A stretch of 64,000 nucleotides of DNA from Candidatus Nomurabacteria bacterium (GTDB lineage Bacteria; Patescibacteriota; Minisyncoccia; Phycocordibacterales; UBA9973): assembly GCA_052035195.1 (NCBI GenBank), contig JBPOHU010000001.1, forward strand, positions 13,713 through 77,712, given 5' to 3'. The notes under the pieces were generated by a model. It made no database searches, was not told the DNA's origin, and saw nothing but the letters and a program-made list of their open reading frames with translations. The translations under genes were made by a program, and so were the position numbers. This document shows, one piece after another, positions 19,998-29,361 of this stretch (its first letter is position 1; the number at the start of each line of letters is the position of its first letter).

Positions 19998-20742
19998 TAG
20001 GTGGTACCTCAGGAGTAGTTTCAGTTGTATCTTCTACTGTGATATCTGTTTCTGTTACTAAATTTAAATCAGAGGTTAGTTGTTCTATTTCTTTAGATAT
20101 AATCTTATTTTCTTCAGCAGAAACCTTCTCTATAGTAGCATCGACTGCTTTTAATGCGTCACTTTGATCTTCTGTACTACCATCAACTATGTACTTCTGG
20201 ATATCTTCTTTTTGATTTTTAAGACTTTGTTCAAGTGTAGCAGTTACTTTTAGGGCCTCACTCGGCTCTGCGTCAGATAGAGTACCAAGCTCTTTAGAAA
20301 AATCTTTTATATGAGTATCTAGAGCTCTTTGAGCAGTCTCTTGTTTTGCTTTAGTAAGAGTTTTTGAAGCCGCCAAAGTCTTTATTTCACTTAATCGATT
20401 ATCAATACGAGTACTTTGCCATGAGAGTTTTTCTTCAGGAGTTGTTAAGAAGGCACCTTTAACTTCTTCGTTAACATTTATTTTGAAAGAGTATAGAGGG
20501 TCTCCCGGAAGAGAATTATCAGCTACAACAGAAACACTTCCTCCAACAAAGACAACAAATAGGAAAGTAGATAGACCTATTCTTAAGCCATGTTGTATCC
20601 CTCTGTGGAATATTGAAACAACAGGAGTTGATCGAGATATTTGAATATTTCTAGCAATAGAAGCACGAAGAATAGCACGCTCATCATTAGAGAGGTGTAT
20701 GTCTTTAAACATCTTTAATTGTTCGATTTTTTTCTCAATCAT
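19975..20742 (-). CDS. Putative anti-sigma factor, DUF5667-like
   Basis: TM helix followed by SLPGDPLYSFK..VNE; overlaps the ECF sigma gene. Confidence 0.7.
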   Translation of the reverse strand: MIEKKIEQLKMFKDIHLSNDERAILRASIARNIQISRSTPVVSIFHRGIQHGLRIGLSTFLFVVFVGGSVSVVADNSLPGDPLYSFKINVNEEVKGAFLTTPEEKLSWQSTRIDNRLSEIKTLAASKTLTKAKQETAQRALDTHIKDFSKELGTLSDAEPSEALKVTATLEQSLKNQKEDIQKYIVDGSTEDQSDALKAVDATIEKVSAEENKIISKEIEQLTSDLNLVTETDITVEDTTETTPEVPPTTLPATQ

Positions 20743-21253
20743 AAATTGTTTCGTTATAGCGACCTTTAAGTTTTTGGATAATTCTATGAATACGAACAGT
20801 CATAGCATTGACGCTTTTGCCGTATAAGCTCGCAATTTCTTCGATAGGTTTTTCTTCTGTGTATCTAAGGAAAATAATTTGCTTACTTTCTTCATCTAGC
20901 TCTTCGAGTAGCCCTTGAACCATTTTGATATCATCATTTCTGAATATTTCATCAGTATGAGTATTTGTTTCTGGGTCAAAACCATTTTCAAGTAGGGAGT
21001 CTAGAGAGGAACTTTTGCTCTTTTTGTAATAATCAATAACAGCATTTTTTGCTATTCGATAGACGAATGCTTGTTCGTGTAGCACCTCTCCTCCTTTGGC
21101 TAAATAGCCCCAAAGCCTTACAAAAGTGTCTTGGGTGATATCTAGGGCAATATGGCGAGAGCCAACACGAAAGAAAACAAAGCGAAATATCGCATCTTGA
21201 TATTCTTCAAATAGCTTGGAAAATAAGGCTTGTTGTTCGTTTTCGCGATTCAT
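20735..21253 (-). CDS. ECF RNA polymerase sigma factor
   Basis: Region 2 (DITQDTFVRLW...YRIAKNAVIDYY) and region 4 (EEIASLYGKS...VRIHR); probable start 21253. Confidence 0.9.
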   Translation of the reverse strand: MNRENEQQALFSKLFEEYQDAIFRFVFFRVGSRHIALDITQDTFVRLWGYLAKGGEVLHEQAFVYRIAKNAVIDYYKKSKSSSLDSLLENGFDPETNTHTDEIFRNDDIKMVQGLLEELDEESKQIIFLRYTEEKPIEEIASLYGKSVNAMTVRIHRIIQKLKGRYNETIYD

Positions 21254-21346
21254 AGAACGATTCAATCTTAGTGACGAAGTAAAGCCACAGATATTACATA
21301 TTATACACAACATTTTGTTTTAAAGCATATTTGCTATAATAGCCCA

Positions 21347-22549
21347 ATGAATAAGGACCAAAATCGTAAAAAAGTCGTGATTATTGGAGGCGGTTTTGGG
21401 GGTATAGCAGTAGCAAAAAGACTACAAAATGTTGCAGATTTTGATGTCGTTTTGATTACTAAAAACCCGTTCTTTGAATACTACCCAGCCTTGTATAAAC
21501 TTGTTACAGGGGCTCTTGCTATTGAGGTTTGTGTACCTTATGACAAGATTTTTAAGAAAAATAGCAATATTAGTGTTATTCAAGGATTTTATGAGTCTTA
21601 TGATAAAGATAAAAAGATAGTCAGCCTGCTCGATGGCCAAAGTTTCGAATATGATTATTTGGTTTTAGCTATGGGAAGCCAGACAAATTATTTTAATATT
21701 CCTGGTATTGAAAAGTTTGCATTTTCTTTCAAGTCAGCAACTGAGGCGTTGGCGCTCAAACAGCACTTTCTAGATGCTCTTGAGGGATCAAATAATATTA
21801 CTAAAGAAGAATTAATAAAAAAATTCCATGTTACTGTTGTTGGAGGTGGACCATCAGGAGTAGAACTAGCAGGAGACATCACTACTTATCTTAGAGAAAT
21901 GACAAAAAAGTATCATGTTGATCCTAGTTTTGTCACCGTAGATCTTATAGAGTCAAACCCTCGTGTTCTTGCCATGCTTCCTCCTTCTGTTTCCAAAAAA
22001 GCAGAAGCTAGACTTCGTCGCCTCAAGGTTAATATATATACAAACAGAGCTCTTCAAGCTCAAGACTTGGACAATGTAACAGCAAGTGGTATGACAATGA
22101 GATCAGGCACAGTTATTTGGACCGCCGGTACAAAAATAAGTGATTCTTTTACTGGACTTACTCTCGACTCAAAAAAACGAGTAACTGTTAATCCTGATTT
22201 TTCAATTCCAGATGATCAAAATGTTTTTATTGTTGGAGATGGAGCTAGTGCTCCAGGAACTGGTCTTGCTCAAGGAGCTATAACTCATGGTCAATATCTA
22301 GGAGATTTTCTTAAAGCAAAAATAAAAAATAAAAATATCAAACCTTTTAAATCAAAAGCTATGGGATACCTTGTGCCTATTGGAAACTCTTGGGCAGTAT
22401 TTAGTTATAAAAAAATAACAGTAACAGGTTTTATACCATGGCTGATGAGAAGTTTCGTAGACTTCCAGTATTTTACAAGCATCGTGCCACTCTCTTATGT
22501 ATTTAGCGTCTTTAAACAAGGTAAAAAATATAGAAAAGGAGAGTGTTAA
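21347..22549 (+). CDS. ndh: Type II NADH dehydrogenase-like FAD/NAD(P) oxidoreductase
   Basis: GGGFGG, YDYLVLAMG, VVGGGPSGVELAG, WTAG, VGD. Confidence 0.8.
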   Translation: MNKDQNRKKVVIIGGGFGGIAVAKRLQNVADFDVVLITKNPFFEYYPALYKLVTGALAIEVCVPYDKIFKKNSNISVIQGFYESYDKDKKIVSLLDGQSFEYDYLVLAMGSQTNYFNIPGIEKFAFSFKSATEALALKQHFLDALEGSNNITKEELIKKFHVTVVGGGPSGVELAGDITTYLREMTKKYHVDPSFVTVDLIESNPRVLAMLPPSVSKKAEARLRRLKVNIYTNRALQAQDLDNVTASGMTMRSGTVIWTAGTKISDSFTGLTLDSKKRVTVNPDFSIPDDQNVFIVGDGASAPGTGLAQGAITHGQYLGDFLKAKIKNKNIKPFKSKAMGYLVPIGNSWAVFSYKKITVTGFIPWLMRSFVDFQYFTSIVPLSYVFSVFKQGKKYRKGEC

Positions 22550-22554
22550 ATAAA

Positions 22555-23307
22555 ATGAATTCAAAAGAAACAAAATGGGACAATGTGGCATCTTGGTACG
22601 ATAAATATCTCGGAGGAGAAGATACTTACCAGTCAAAAGTTATAGCTCCAAACCTACTTAGAATGCTTTCTATAAAAAAGGGAGACAATGTCTTAGATCT
22701 TGCTTGTGGACAAGGGTATTTTTCAAGACTGGTCAAAGACCAAGGCTCTAGTGTGATAGGGGTGGATCTTTCTGAAAAATTGATAAAAATAGCTAAAGAG
22801 AAAAATTCAGATATTGATTTTGTAGTAGCGAGCGCAGAAAATACAAAACTCAAAAAAGATTTTTTTGATAAAGTTTTCACTGTTTTAGCTTTTGAAAATA
22901 TTAAAAATATAGATGAAACAGTAGGAGAGATAAAGCGTGTTTTGAAAAATAACGGATCTTTTACACTAGTAATGCTTCATCCAGCTTTTAGGATTCCACA
23001 GTATTCAGACTGGAATTTTGATCAAAAAAAAGAAATTCAATACAGACGAGTAGACAAATATTTATCTGAAATAAAAATAAGCATAGAACTAAATCCTCAT
23101 AAAGGTAGAAGTGAAGCATCTTCTGTTACCTTCCACAGGCCTCTTCAGTGGTACACAAAAATATTTAAAAAACATGGTTTGGTTATCACAAGTATTGAGG
23201 AGTGGATATCTCATAAAAAAAGCCAAATAGGACCAAGACAAAAAGCAGAGGATACTGCTCGTAAAGAATTCCCAATGTTTATTGCTTTAGAGCTCAAAAA
23301 GAGCTAG
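22555..23307 (+). CDS. Class I SAM-dependent methyltransferase
   Basis: VLDLACGQG, GVDLS, HPAF. Confidence 0.85.
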   Translation: MNSKETKWDNVASWYDKYLGGEDTYQSKVIAPNLLRMLSIKKGDNVLDLACGQGYFSRLVKDQGSSVIGVDLSEKLIKIAKEKNSDIDFVVASAENTKLKKDFFDKVFTVLAFENIKNIDETVGEIKRVLKNNGSFTLVMLHPAFRIPQYSDWNFDQKKEIQYRRVDKYLSEIKISIELNPHKGRSEASSVTFHRPLQWYTKIFKKHGLVITSIEEWISHKKSQIGPRQKAEDTARKEFPMFIALELKKS

Positions 23308-23331
23308 ATTGTCAGCTATTTTTGTGATAGT

Positions 23332-23577
23332 ATGTCGGATATGTTTGGACTAAAAAAGATGCTCACAAATAAGCTGCTCGAAAGACAGCTCAAAAGTTTA
23401 CCAGAAGCTCAAAGAGAGGCTATTTTGAAAGCTGTTAATGAAAACCCTGATTTTTTTAATAAGTTAGCTAAGGAAATTGAGGCAGAAAAAAAGTCTGGTA
23501 AAAGTGAAATGGCTGCTTCTATGGAAGTCATGAGAAAGCATCAAGGAGAAATCCAAAAGATAATGATGGGTAAATAG
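23332..23577 (+). CDS. Small helical hypothetical protein
   Basis: 81-aa ORF followed by a terminator. Confidence 0.7.
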   Translation: MSDMFGLKKMLTNKLLERQLKSLPEAQREAILKAVNENPDFFNKLAKEIEAEKKSGKSEMAASMEVMRKHQGEIQKIMMGK

Positions 23578-23591
23578 TACTTTGTTTGTTC

Positions 23592-23624
23592 AAAAAAGCT
23601 ACATAAAAATTATGTAGCTTTTTT
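23592..23624 (+). terminator. Intrinsic terminator at the left edge of the Tat cluster
   Basis: aaaaagctacataa...ttatgtagcttttt followed by T-rich sequence. Confidence 0.75.
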
Positions 23625-23717
23625 GTTGCACTAATATTTGTATATAGTAAAATATAGTTGCAATATTTGCGTATGCTCAGCTCAAAATATACATTTACTT
23701 TTGTTTCTCGTAAAAAA

Positions 23718-24413
23718 ATGAAATCACTTAAACAAAAAAGTGATGTTTCTTCTACCAGGTCTCTTATTTCTGAGAAAAAGAATATTTCAGAAATCAAAAA
23801 TAGTGAATCAGATGTAGATGCAAATAGAAGAGCTTTTCTTAAAATAGCGGGATTAACAGGGCTTGGTGTTGCTGCAACTGCATTATTTCCAAAAAGTGCC
23901 AGTGCATATGTAACAGGTAGTACTCCAACCTCAAATGTTGTTGGTTCTAAAGACGCATCAAATAATCGTATAAATCCAGCGAAAGAAGATGGTAATCTTG
24001 CGACAATCGCAGGTAAAGACTTTGCAACCCAGACGACATTAGCAGCAATGAAGGCCAAGACAGACCTACTTACGTTTGATGGGAGTAACAACCTTCTAAC
24101 TGCTAGTAGTGGAGGTGCTTCAGTTGTTGGTATAAAAGATTCAAATGATGTTCGTATTAACCCTGCTCAAGACGACAGCGTTGTTTTACTTCGTCGCATG
24201 GTTAAGCTTATGGAGTCGCAAGCAGTTGTTGATAGTCAAATGCGACAAAGAGTTGTGGTTGATACTGGAGCAATTGTTGTATCTGGTTCTGTTACAGTGG
24301 CAACCATAACATCACTCAGTCAGCTTGCAGGTGTTGATTCTCGTTGGCAGATAATAGATTGGTCTAGACAAGCGTATAATAGTGGTATTCGTGGTAATTT
24401 GATTAATTCATAG
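23718..24413 (+). CDS. Twin-arginine (Tat) signal peptide protein
   Basis: NRRAFLK, hydrophobic IAGLTGLGVAATALF, ASA cleavage site; internal repeat VVG.KD...RINPA..D twice; probable start ATG 23718. Confidence 0.85.
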   Translation: MKSLKQKSDVSSTRSLISEKKNISEIKNSESDVDANRRAFLKIAGLTGLGVAATALFPKSASAYVTGSTPTSNVVGSKDASNNRINPAKEDGNLATIAGKDFATQTTLAAMKAKTDLLTFDGSNNLLTASSGGASVVGIKDSNDVRINPAQDDSVVLLRRMVKLMESQAVVDSQMRQRVVVDTGAIVVSGSVTVATITSLSQLAGVDSRWQIIDWSRQAYNSGIRGNLINS

Positions 24414-24416
24414 TAT

Positions 24417-27296
24417 ATGGCAATTACAAATAATCTTAAAAAACAAGTTGATTTGCCTGTATGGGAATGGTGTAGATTTGCCCCAACAGCAACAACTGCT
24501 GTTTCTTCTATGACAACGGGTAATACTTTACAAAATCGATACTTGTATTATCAGGTTTCAAGTTTACTGTACAGGTATGATACACATGCAGATTCTTGGC
24601 ATCAACTTGCATCAGCTCCAGTTACGGCGCCGACTATCATGAATAACAATGTGATGACAAATTCTATTGGTCACTTTGGACAAGCAATATCTGGTGGTTT
24701 GAATACTATTCAAATGGCAGGACTTTCAGGTCAGGTGCTTGTGGGACAGAAGATTAGAATCATCGGCGGGACAGGAGCAGGTCAAGAAAAAACAATCACC
24801 GCTGTCTCCGCTCCTACATTTCATGAGCGTGGCATGGTAACAACAGCAAGTTCTACACAGGTTATCGATGCTTCAACAGGAGTCGGACTGAAATTATGGA
24901 AAAATAATCAATGGAAAAATTATCAGGTACGTATCGACTGGGGGACAGGAAGAACACAACTTCGAAACATTTTATACAATACACAGAACACACTCACATT
25001 TTCTGATGTAAACCATGTCACCATCAACCCGTGGGCAAACTGTCCACTCGCAGTTGCTACTGTTGCCAACTCTTCATTTTTTGTTATCGAAAGTCATCAG
25101 GTGACTGTAGATACTAACTGGTCAGTAATACCAGACGAGACCTCGAGCTTCATGATTTTATCTGGTGGTATTTGGAATGTGACTCAAGGTACCACGTCTG
25201 CACCATTCTTTTCATTCGCATATTACGACAGGCTTGCAGATGTTTGGTATCAAAAATCTACTCAGTCTGGTCTCAAAACTGCAGTGTTCCTAGCGGGTTC
25301 GGATTTGCAAATGGAGCGCATGACGGAAAATGGTGGTGCAATTTTTACTGAGACAGCATCAGGTGGAGGTGCACGGTATATTACCGCTACCGCAGTATTA
25401 ACCCCGATGGCGTTTGCAAACTTTGAAATTCGAATTGTGGCAGGGACTGGTGTGGGGCAATCGCTTTCAATCCTCAGTAATACAGCGACACGGATCAACG
25501 TGACTCAAGACTGGGATACAAATCCAGATGCTACTTCTGTGTATGAAATATGGAGAGACGTAGGAAAGATATGGCTTATTGGTGGAAACGACGCAGGTAT
25601 GCTTCAGTATTCACAAGACACAGATCAGTGGTCAACAGGTAAACAACTCGATAATGGTCAATGTAATCAGCTTGCTGCAAAAAAGAGTGGAGACAATCCT
25701 ATTGCAATAACTTCGATTACACGCTCACCCGCAGGTATTACAGTGTTAAATTCTACTCCTATTGCAGGAGGAAGTGCGTATAATATTAATGATATACTTA
25801 CGATTACTACCGGTGGTACCGGAGGAACTGCACGAGTTACAGCAGTTTCGAGTACTGGCGCTGTAACAGCGGTTAGCCTCGAAACAGTAGGTACCAACTA
25901 CACAACAGGCACAGGAAAAGCAACAACTGTAGTTCCAACAGGAGGTACTGGATGTACTCTCGATATTACCTCAATTGATTTTATTGAAACAGCGGTGACT
26001 CCGATTGCTCATAATTATAAAATAGGGGACACTGTCACTATCACTGGGGCGACGGGAACTGGGGCATCAAAATTTAATGGAACATACACAGTCACTGGTA
26101 TTCCAACTCCTACAACCAACCTTTCTTTCACATATTGTTCTGTAGGAGATCCTGGTGCTGCTACAGCAACTATTGGAGCATCACCGTCTACTACTCAACT
26201 TGTAGATTGTACTAAGAACTGGGTAGTTAATGAGCATGTAGGAAAGATCGTACAACTATCAACCAATGCAATCTTGTCAGTAGGACAGGCTAGAAGAATT
26301 GTTTCCAATACTGCTACAACACTTGTCTGGACGCTCGCTGCAACTGCACCTGTAAACGGTACAACAAAATACATAATAGAAGATATTAAACCATTTGGTA
26401 CCGATAGAATGTCTAAAGGAGAAACTACAGGGACAGAAGGTTTTGCCACATCAGGATCTACGACAACCATTGTCGATACATCAAAAAACTGGGAGACAAA
26501 TTACTGGTCACGAACAGTTAATAGAAAAGTCAGAATTGTAGAGGGAACAGGAGTTGGTGCTGAAATTGCAATTACTTCTAATACTTCAAACACGCTCACT
26601 TTTGCTGCTCAATCATTTACGGTAGATACTACAACTCGATATATAATAATGGATACTTTTGGCACAGCAACAAGTGGCACAACAACAACCCTAGTTGATT
26701 CTGGTCAGAACTGGGAAACTAACTATTGGGTAGGAAGTCGTGTTCGCTTCTTGTCTGGAACAGGGCAAGGTAATGAATACGCTATTACAGCTAATACCTC
26801 AACTACACTGACATTTGCCACAGGTACTGCCCCTGATACTTCAACTGCTTATGCAATTCTCGAAGCTACACCAAAAGCAAACGGTATACATCTTGACTGT
26901 ATTACAGGGTCAACTGATACTACTCTAAATAGTAACTACATGTATGCTTGGACAGGAACAGCAACTTCAGAACTTTCTCGCTATAATATTCATACTGAAC
27001 ACTGGGAAACTTTGTCATACTTTCCTCAGACGGAAACCATGACAACGGGTGCCATGTATGTGTACGACGGAGAAGATAGAATATATTATATTCAAGGTAT
27101 TACTACTCTTGCAAAATTAATGTACTATGATCTAGTGAAAAACATCGTTGTTCCAGCTTCTCAGCCACCATATGGTATGGGAGCTGCTGTGTCTGGGAAC
27201 CGTATTGAGATAGTTGAGACTGAAGATGGATTAAAATACCTGTACCTCATGAGACATTCTGGTACTGAGATATGGAGGACATTATTATATTGGTAG
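24417..27296 (+). CDS. 959-aa Thr/Gly-rich beta protein with Kelch-like blades and six xRIxxGTGxGQ...NT repeats; no signal peptide
   Basis: YRYDTHADSWHQLASAP, YYDRLADVW, RYNIHTEHW blades; RIIGGTGAGQ, RIVAGTGVGQ, RIVEGTGVG, RFLSGTGQG repeats. Confidence 0.8.
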   Translation: MAITNNLKKQVDLPVWEWCRFAPTATTAVSSMTTGNTLQNRYLYYQVSSLLYRYDTHADSWHQLASAPVTAPTIMNNNVMTNSIGHFGQAISGGLNTIQMAGLSGQVLVGQKIRIIGGTGAGQEKTITAVSAPTFHERGMVTTASSTQVIDASTGVGLKLWKNNQWKNYQVRIDWGTGRTQLRNILYNTQNTLTFSDVNHVTINPWANCPLAVATVANSSFFVIESHQVTVDTNWSVIPDETSSFMILSGGIWNVTQGTTSAPFFSFAYYDRLADVWYQKSTQSGLKTAVFLAGSDLQMERMTENGGAIFTETASGGGARYITATAVLTPMAFANFEIRIVAGTGVGQSLSILSNTATRINVTQDWDTNPDATSVYEIWRDVGKIWLIGGNDAGMLQYSQDTDQWSTGKQLDNGQCNQLAAKKSGDNPIAITSITRSPAGITVLNSTPIAGGSAYNINDILTITTGGTGGTARVTAVSSTGAVTAVSLETVGTNYTTGTGKATTVVPTGGTGCTLDITSIDFIETAVTPIAHNYKIGDTVTITGATGTGASKFNGTYTVTGIPTPTTNLSFTYCSVGDPGAATATIGASPSTTQLVDCTKNWVVNEHVGKIVQLSTNAILSVGQARRIVSNTATTLVWTLAATAPVNGTTKYIIEDIKPFGTDRMSKGETTGTEGFATSGSTTTIVDTSKNWETNYWSRTVNRKVRIVEGTGVGAEIAITSNTSNTLTFAAQSFTVDTTTRYIIMDTFGTATSGTTTTLVDSGQNWETNYWVGSRVRFLSGTGQGNEYAITANTSTTLTFATGTAPDTSTAYAILEATPKANGIHLDCITGSTDTTLNSNYMYAWTGTATSELSRYNIHTEHWETLSYFPQTETMTTGAMYVYDGEDRIYYIQGITTLAKLMYYDLVKNIVVPASQPPYGMGAAVSGNRIEIVETEDGLKYLYLMRHSGTEIWRTLLYW

Positions 27297-27302
27297 AATT
27301 AT

Positions 27303-28166
27303 ATGGACATAAATTATCTTATACAATTACTAGGGAATAGATTAAATGGATTAAATCTTGCAAAAGATCAAGCTTTTTCATCTGGAGATTTGGAGAGGAT
27401 AAACACAATAGATGCTGAAATTTTGGAAGTTAAAAATACTATTTCTAAACTAAATTTAGTAGCAAGTATTGAACAAACTGCCGCAGCTACACCTTTTACG
27501 GAGGCTCAGGTTGTACAAAATGGCATTGAAGCATCTTTTAATCCAACAGTTATTACAGATGCAACAAAATGTTTGCTTGAATATGATATTACTCCTTATG
27601 CTACAGATCCAATGCACGAATTAAAAATACAAAATATCCTTGAAAAGATGGGGTTAATGGATTCTCCAGATAAGGTAGATTTTTATATAAAGAAAACAAG
27701 TCCGGATAGTCCATTAGATGGTCTTATGGTATGGAATGCTTCAACTCAGTATTTAGTGGATGTTCGTCTTATGCTCGCACTGATGGAGCTTGATTCTCGT
27801 TTTGGAACTCTTGGCCTAGCAACAAGTACTTTTAATCCAGGTAACGTAGGTAATGATGGTGTAAATACAAAAACATATGATTCTTGGAATGATGGTGTAT
27901 TAGCAGTAGCAATGTGGTTAAATACACATAGAAAAAATAATTTAACTAATACCGACACTATTGATGTTATTCCTGCTCCACAACAAGAGCCTGTACAAAT
28001 TATAGAACCTGTGAATGTTGAAGTTCCAAAAGATACTAATCCTATAGTAGAAGCAGCCCCAGATGAACAAAAAGAAATAATACCTGAAATAGTCCCTGAT
28101 ATAGCCCCCACTCCTCCTGAAACTACTATATCAGAACCGAACACAGAGGTATTAGTAGGAGAGTAA
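27303..28166 (+). CDS. N-terminal helical hairpin plus lysozyme-like (glucosaminidase/SLT-like) domain and Pro/Glu-rich tail
   Basis: VDVRLMLALMELDSRFG...FNPGNVG...YDSWNDGVLAVAMWL resembles lysozyme-superfamily motifs. Confidence 0.6.
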   Translation: MDINYLIQLLGNRLNGLNLAKDQAFSSGDLERINTIDAEILEVKNTISKLNLVASIEQTAAATPFTEAQVVQNGIEASFNPTVITDATKCLLEYDITPYATDPMHELKIQNILEKMGLMDSPDKVDFYIKKTSPDSPLDGLMVWNASTQYLVDVRLMLALMELDSRFGTLGLATSTFNPGNVGNDGVNTKTYDSWNDGVLAVAMWLNTHRKNNLTNTDTIDVIPAPQQEPVQIIEPVNVEVPKDTNPIVEAAPDEQKEIIPEIVPDIAPTPPETTISEPNTEVLVGE

Positions 28167-28187
28167 AGTTCTTAGTTAGTTTATATC

Positions 28188-28916
28188 GTGAATACACTTC
28201 AAGAAGCAATCACAAAATACTCTCATTATTTTGAGGGTTTTCGTCGCAAGCTGGTTCTCCTGGTAAAGATTTTTGCTATTGTTTTTGTAATAGCATTTTT
28301 AAACGCTGGTCCTGTTATAAAAGTTTTGCTTAAGTACTTAACTATGAAAGGCGTTACTGTCGTTACTACTTCACCATTTCAACTAGTTGAGGTGGCTATG
28401 AGTATTGCTTTTTTCTTGGCTTGCGTAGTAATTATACCTATTTGTATTTATTATTTGTATTTATTTTTAAAACCAGCTCTTTTTAAAAAAGAACAGAGAC
28501 TTTTTTTGTTTTCATTGCCACTAGCTTTACTTTTATTCGCATTAGGTTTTTTATACAGTGTTATTATGCTTTATTACGCTGTTAGATTAATCGCTACGGT
28601 TAATGTAGCTTTGGGGGTTGCTAATTATTGGGATATAAGTACTTTTATTTATCAAATAGTCTTAACTTCAACACTTTTGGGCTTATTATTTATGTTTCCT
28701 TTGGTTATAACACTCTTAATAAAGATGGGGGCAACAACTGTTAGTTTTTTACGGTCTAAACGTAGGCATGCAATCGCTGTAATCTTTGTAATAGTCTCTT
28801 TACTTCCCCCAACCGATGGTTTATCATTAATATTAATGGCGGTGCCGTTGGTGTTAATTTATGAGATCACGGTCTTAATAAACAGAAAAAAACCGGGTCG
28901 TTTATTAGTAAACTAA
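28188..28916 (+). CDS. tatC: Twin-arginine translocase subunit TatC
   Basis: About six TMs; FLKPALFKKE (FIAPGLYKHE equivalent), KRRHAI, PPTDGLSLILMAVP..LIYE; followed by tatA copies. Confidence 0.9.
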   Translation: MNTLQEAITKYSHYFEGFRRKLVLLVKIFAIVFVIAFLNAGPVIKVLLKYLTMKGVTVVTTSPFQLVEVAMSIAFFLACVVIIPICIYYLYLFLKPALFKKEQRLFLFSLPLALLLFALGFLYSVIMLYYAVRLIATVNVALGVANYWDISTFIYQIVLTSTLLGLLFMFPLVITLLIKMGATTVSFLRSKRRHAIAVIFVIVSLLPPTDGLSLILMAVPLVLIYEITVLINRKKPGRLLVN

Positions 28917-28931
28917 ATAGTGTATTCACCT

Positions 28932-29084
28932 ATGTTTGGATTAGGAACAAAAGAAATTATAATTATTGTTGTTGTCATTGTTTTACTTTTTGGATCAAAG
29001 AAGATTCCAGAACTTACAAAAAGTATCGCTGATGCAGTTCGCCACTTGTTTGGAGCTTTTAAAGACGCTGACACTAAAAAGTAG
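28932..29084 (+). CDS. tatA: TatA/TatE subunit, copy 1 (50 aa, not in ORF track)
   Basis: MFGLGTKEIIIIVVVIVLLFGSKKIPELTKSIADAVRHLF: G..E, TM, FG hinge, K.PE amphipathic helix. Confidence 0.92.
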   Translation: MFGLGTKEIIIIVVVIVLLFGSKKIPELTKSIADAVRHLFGAFKDADTKK

Positions 29085-29126
29085 TATCAAGCGTTTGTTT
29101 ATTATTTATATTTAGATAACATAATC

Positions 29127-29300
29127 ATGTTTGGATTAGGAACAAAAGAAATTATAATTATTGCGGTTGTCCTTATTTTGCTTTTTGGATCAAAGAAGAT
29201 TCCAGAACTCGCAAAGAATCTTGTTGAGGCTTTTAAAAATCTTACCGGTATTTTTAAGAGTTCAGAATCAAGTGCTTCTGAAAAAAATAATAAAAAATAG
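29127..29300 (+). CDS. tatA: TatA/TatE subunit, copy 2 (57 aa, not in ORF track)
   Basis: MFGLGTKEIIIIAVVLILLFGSKKIPELAKNLVEAFKNL. Confidence 0.92.
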   Translation: MFGLGTKEIIIIAVVLILLFGSKKIPELAKNLVEAFKNLTGIFKSSESSASEKNNKK

Positions 29301-29361
29301 CCTTTTAGCTACTTTTTAGTAATTCTATGCTTAGCATAGTATTACTTTTTACAATATCTGT

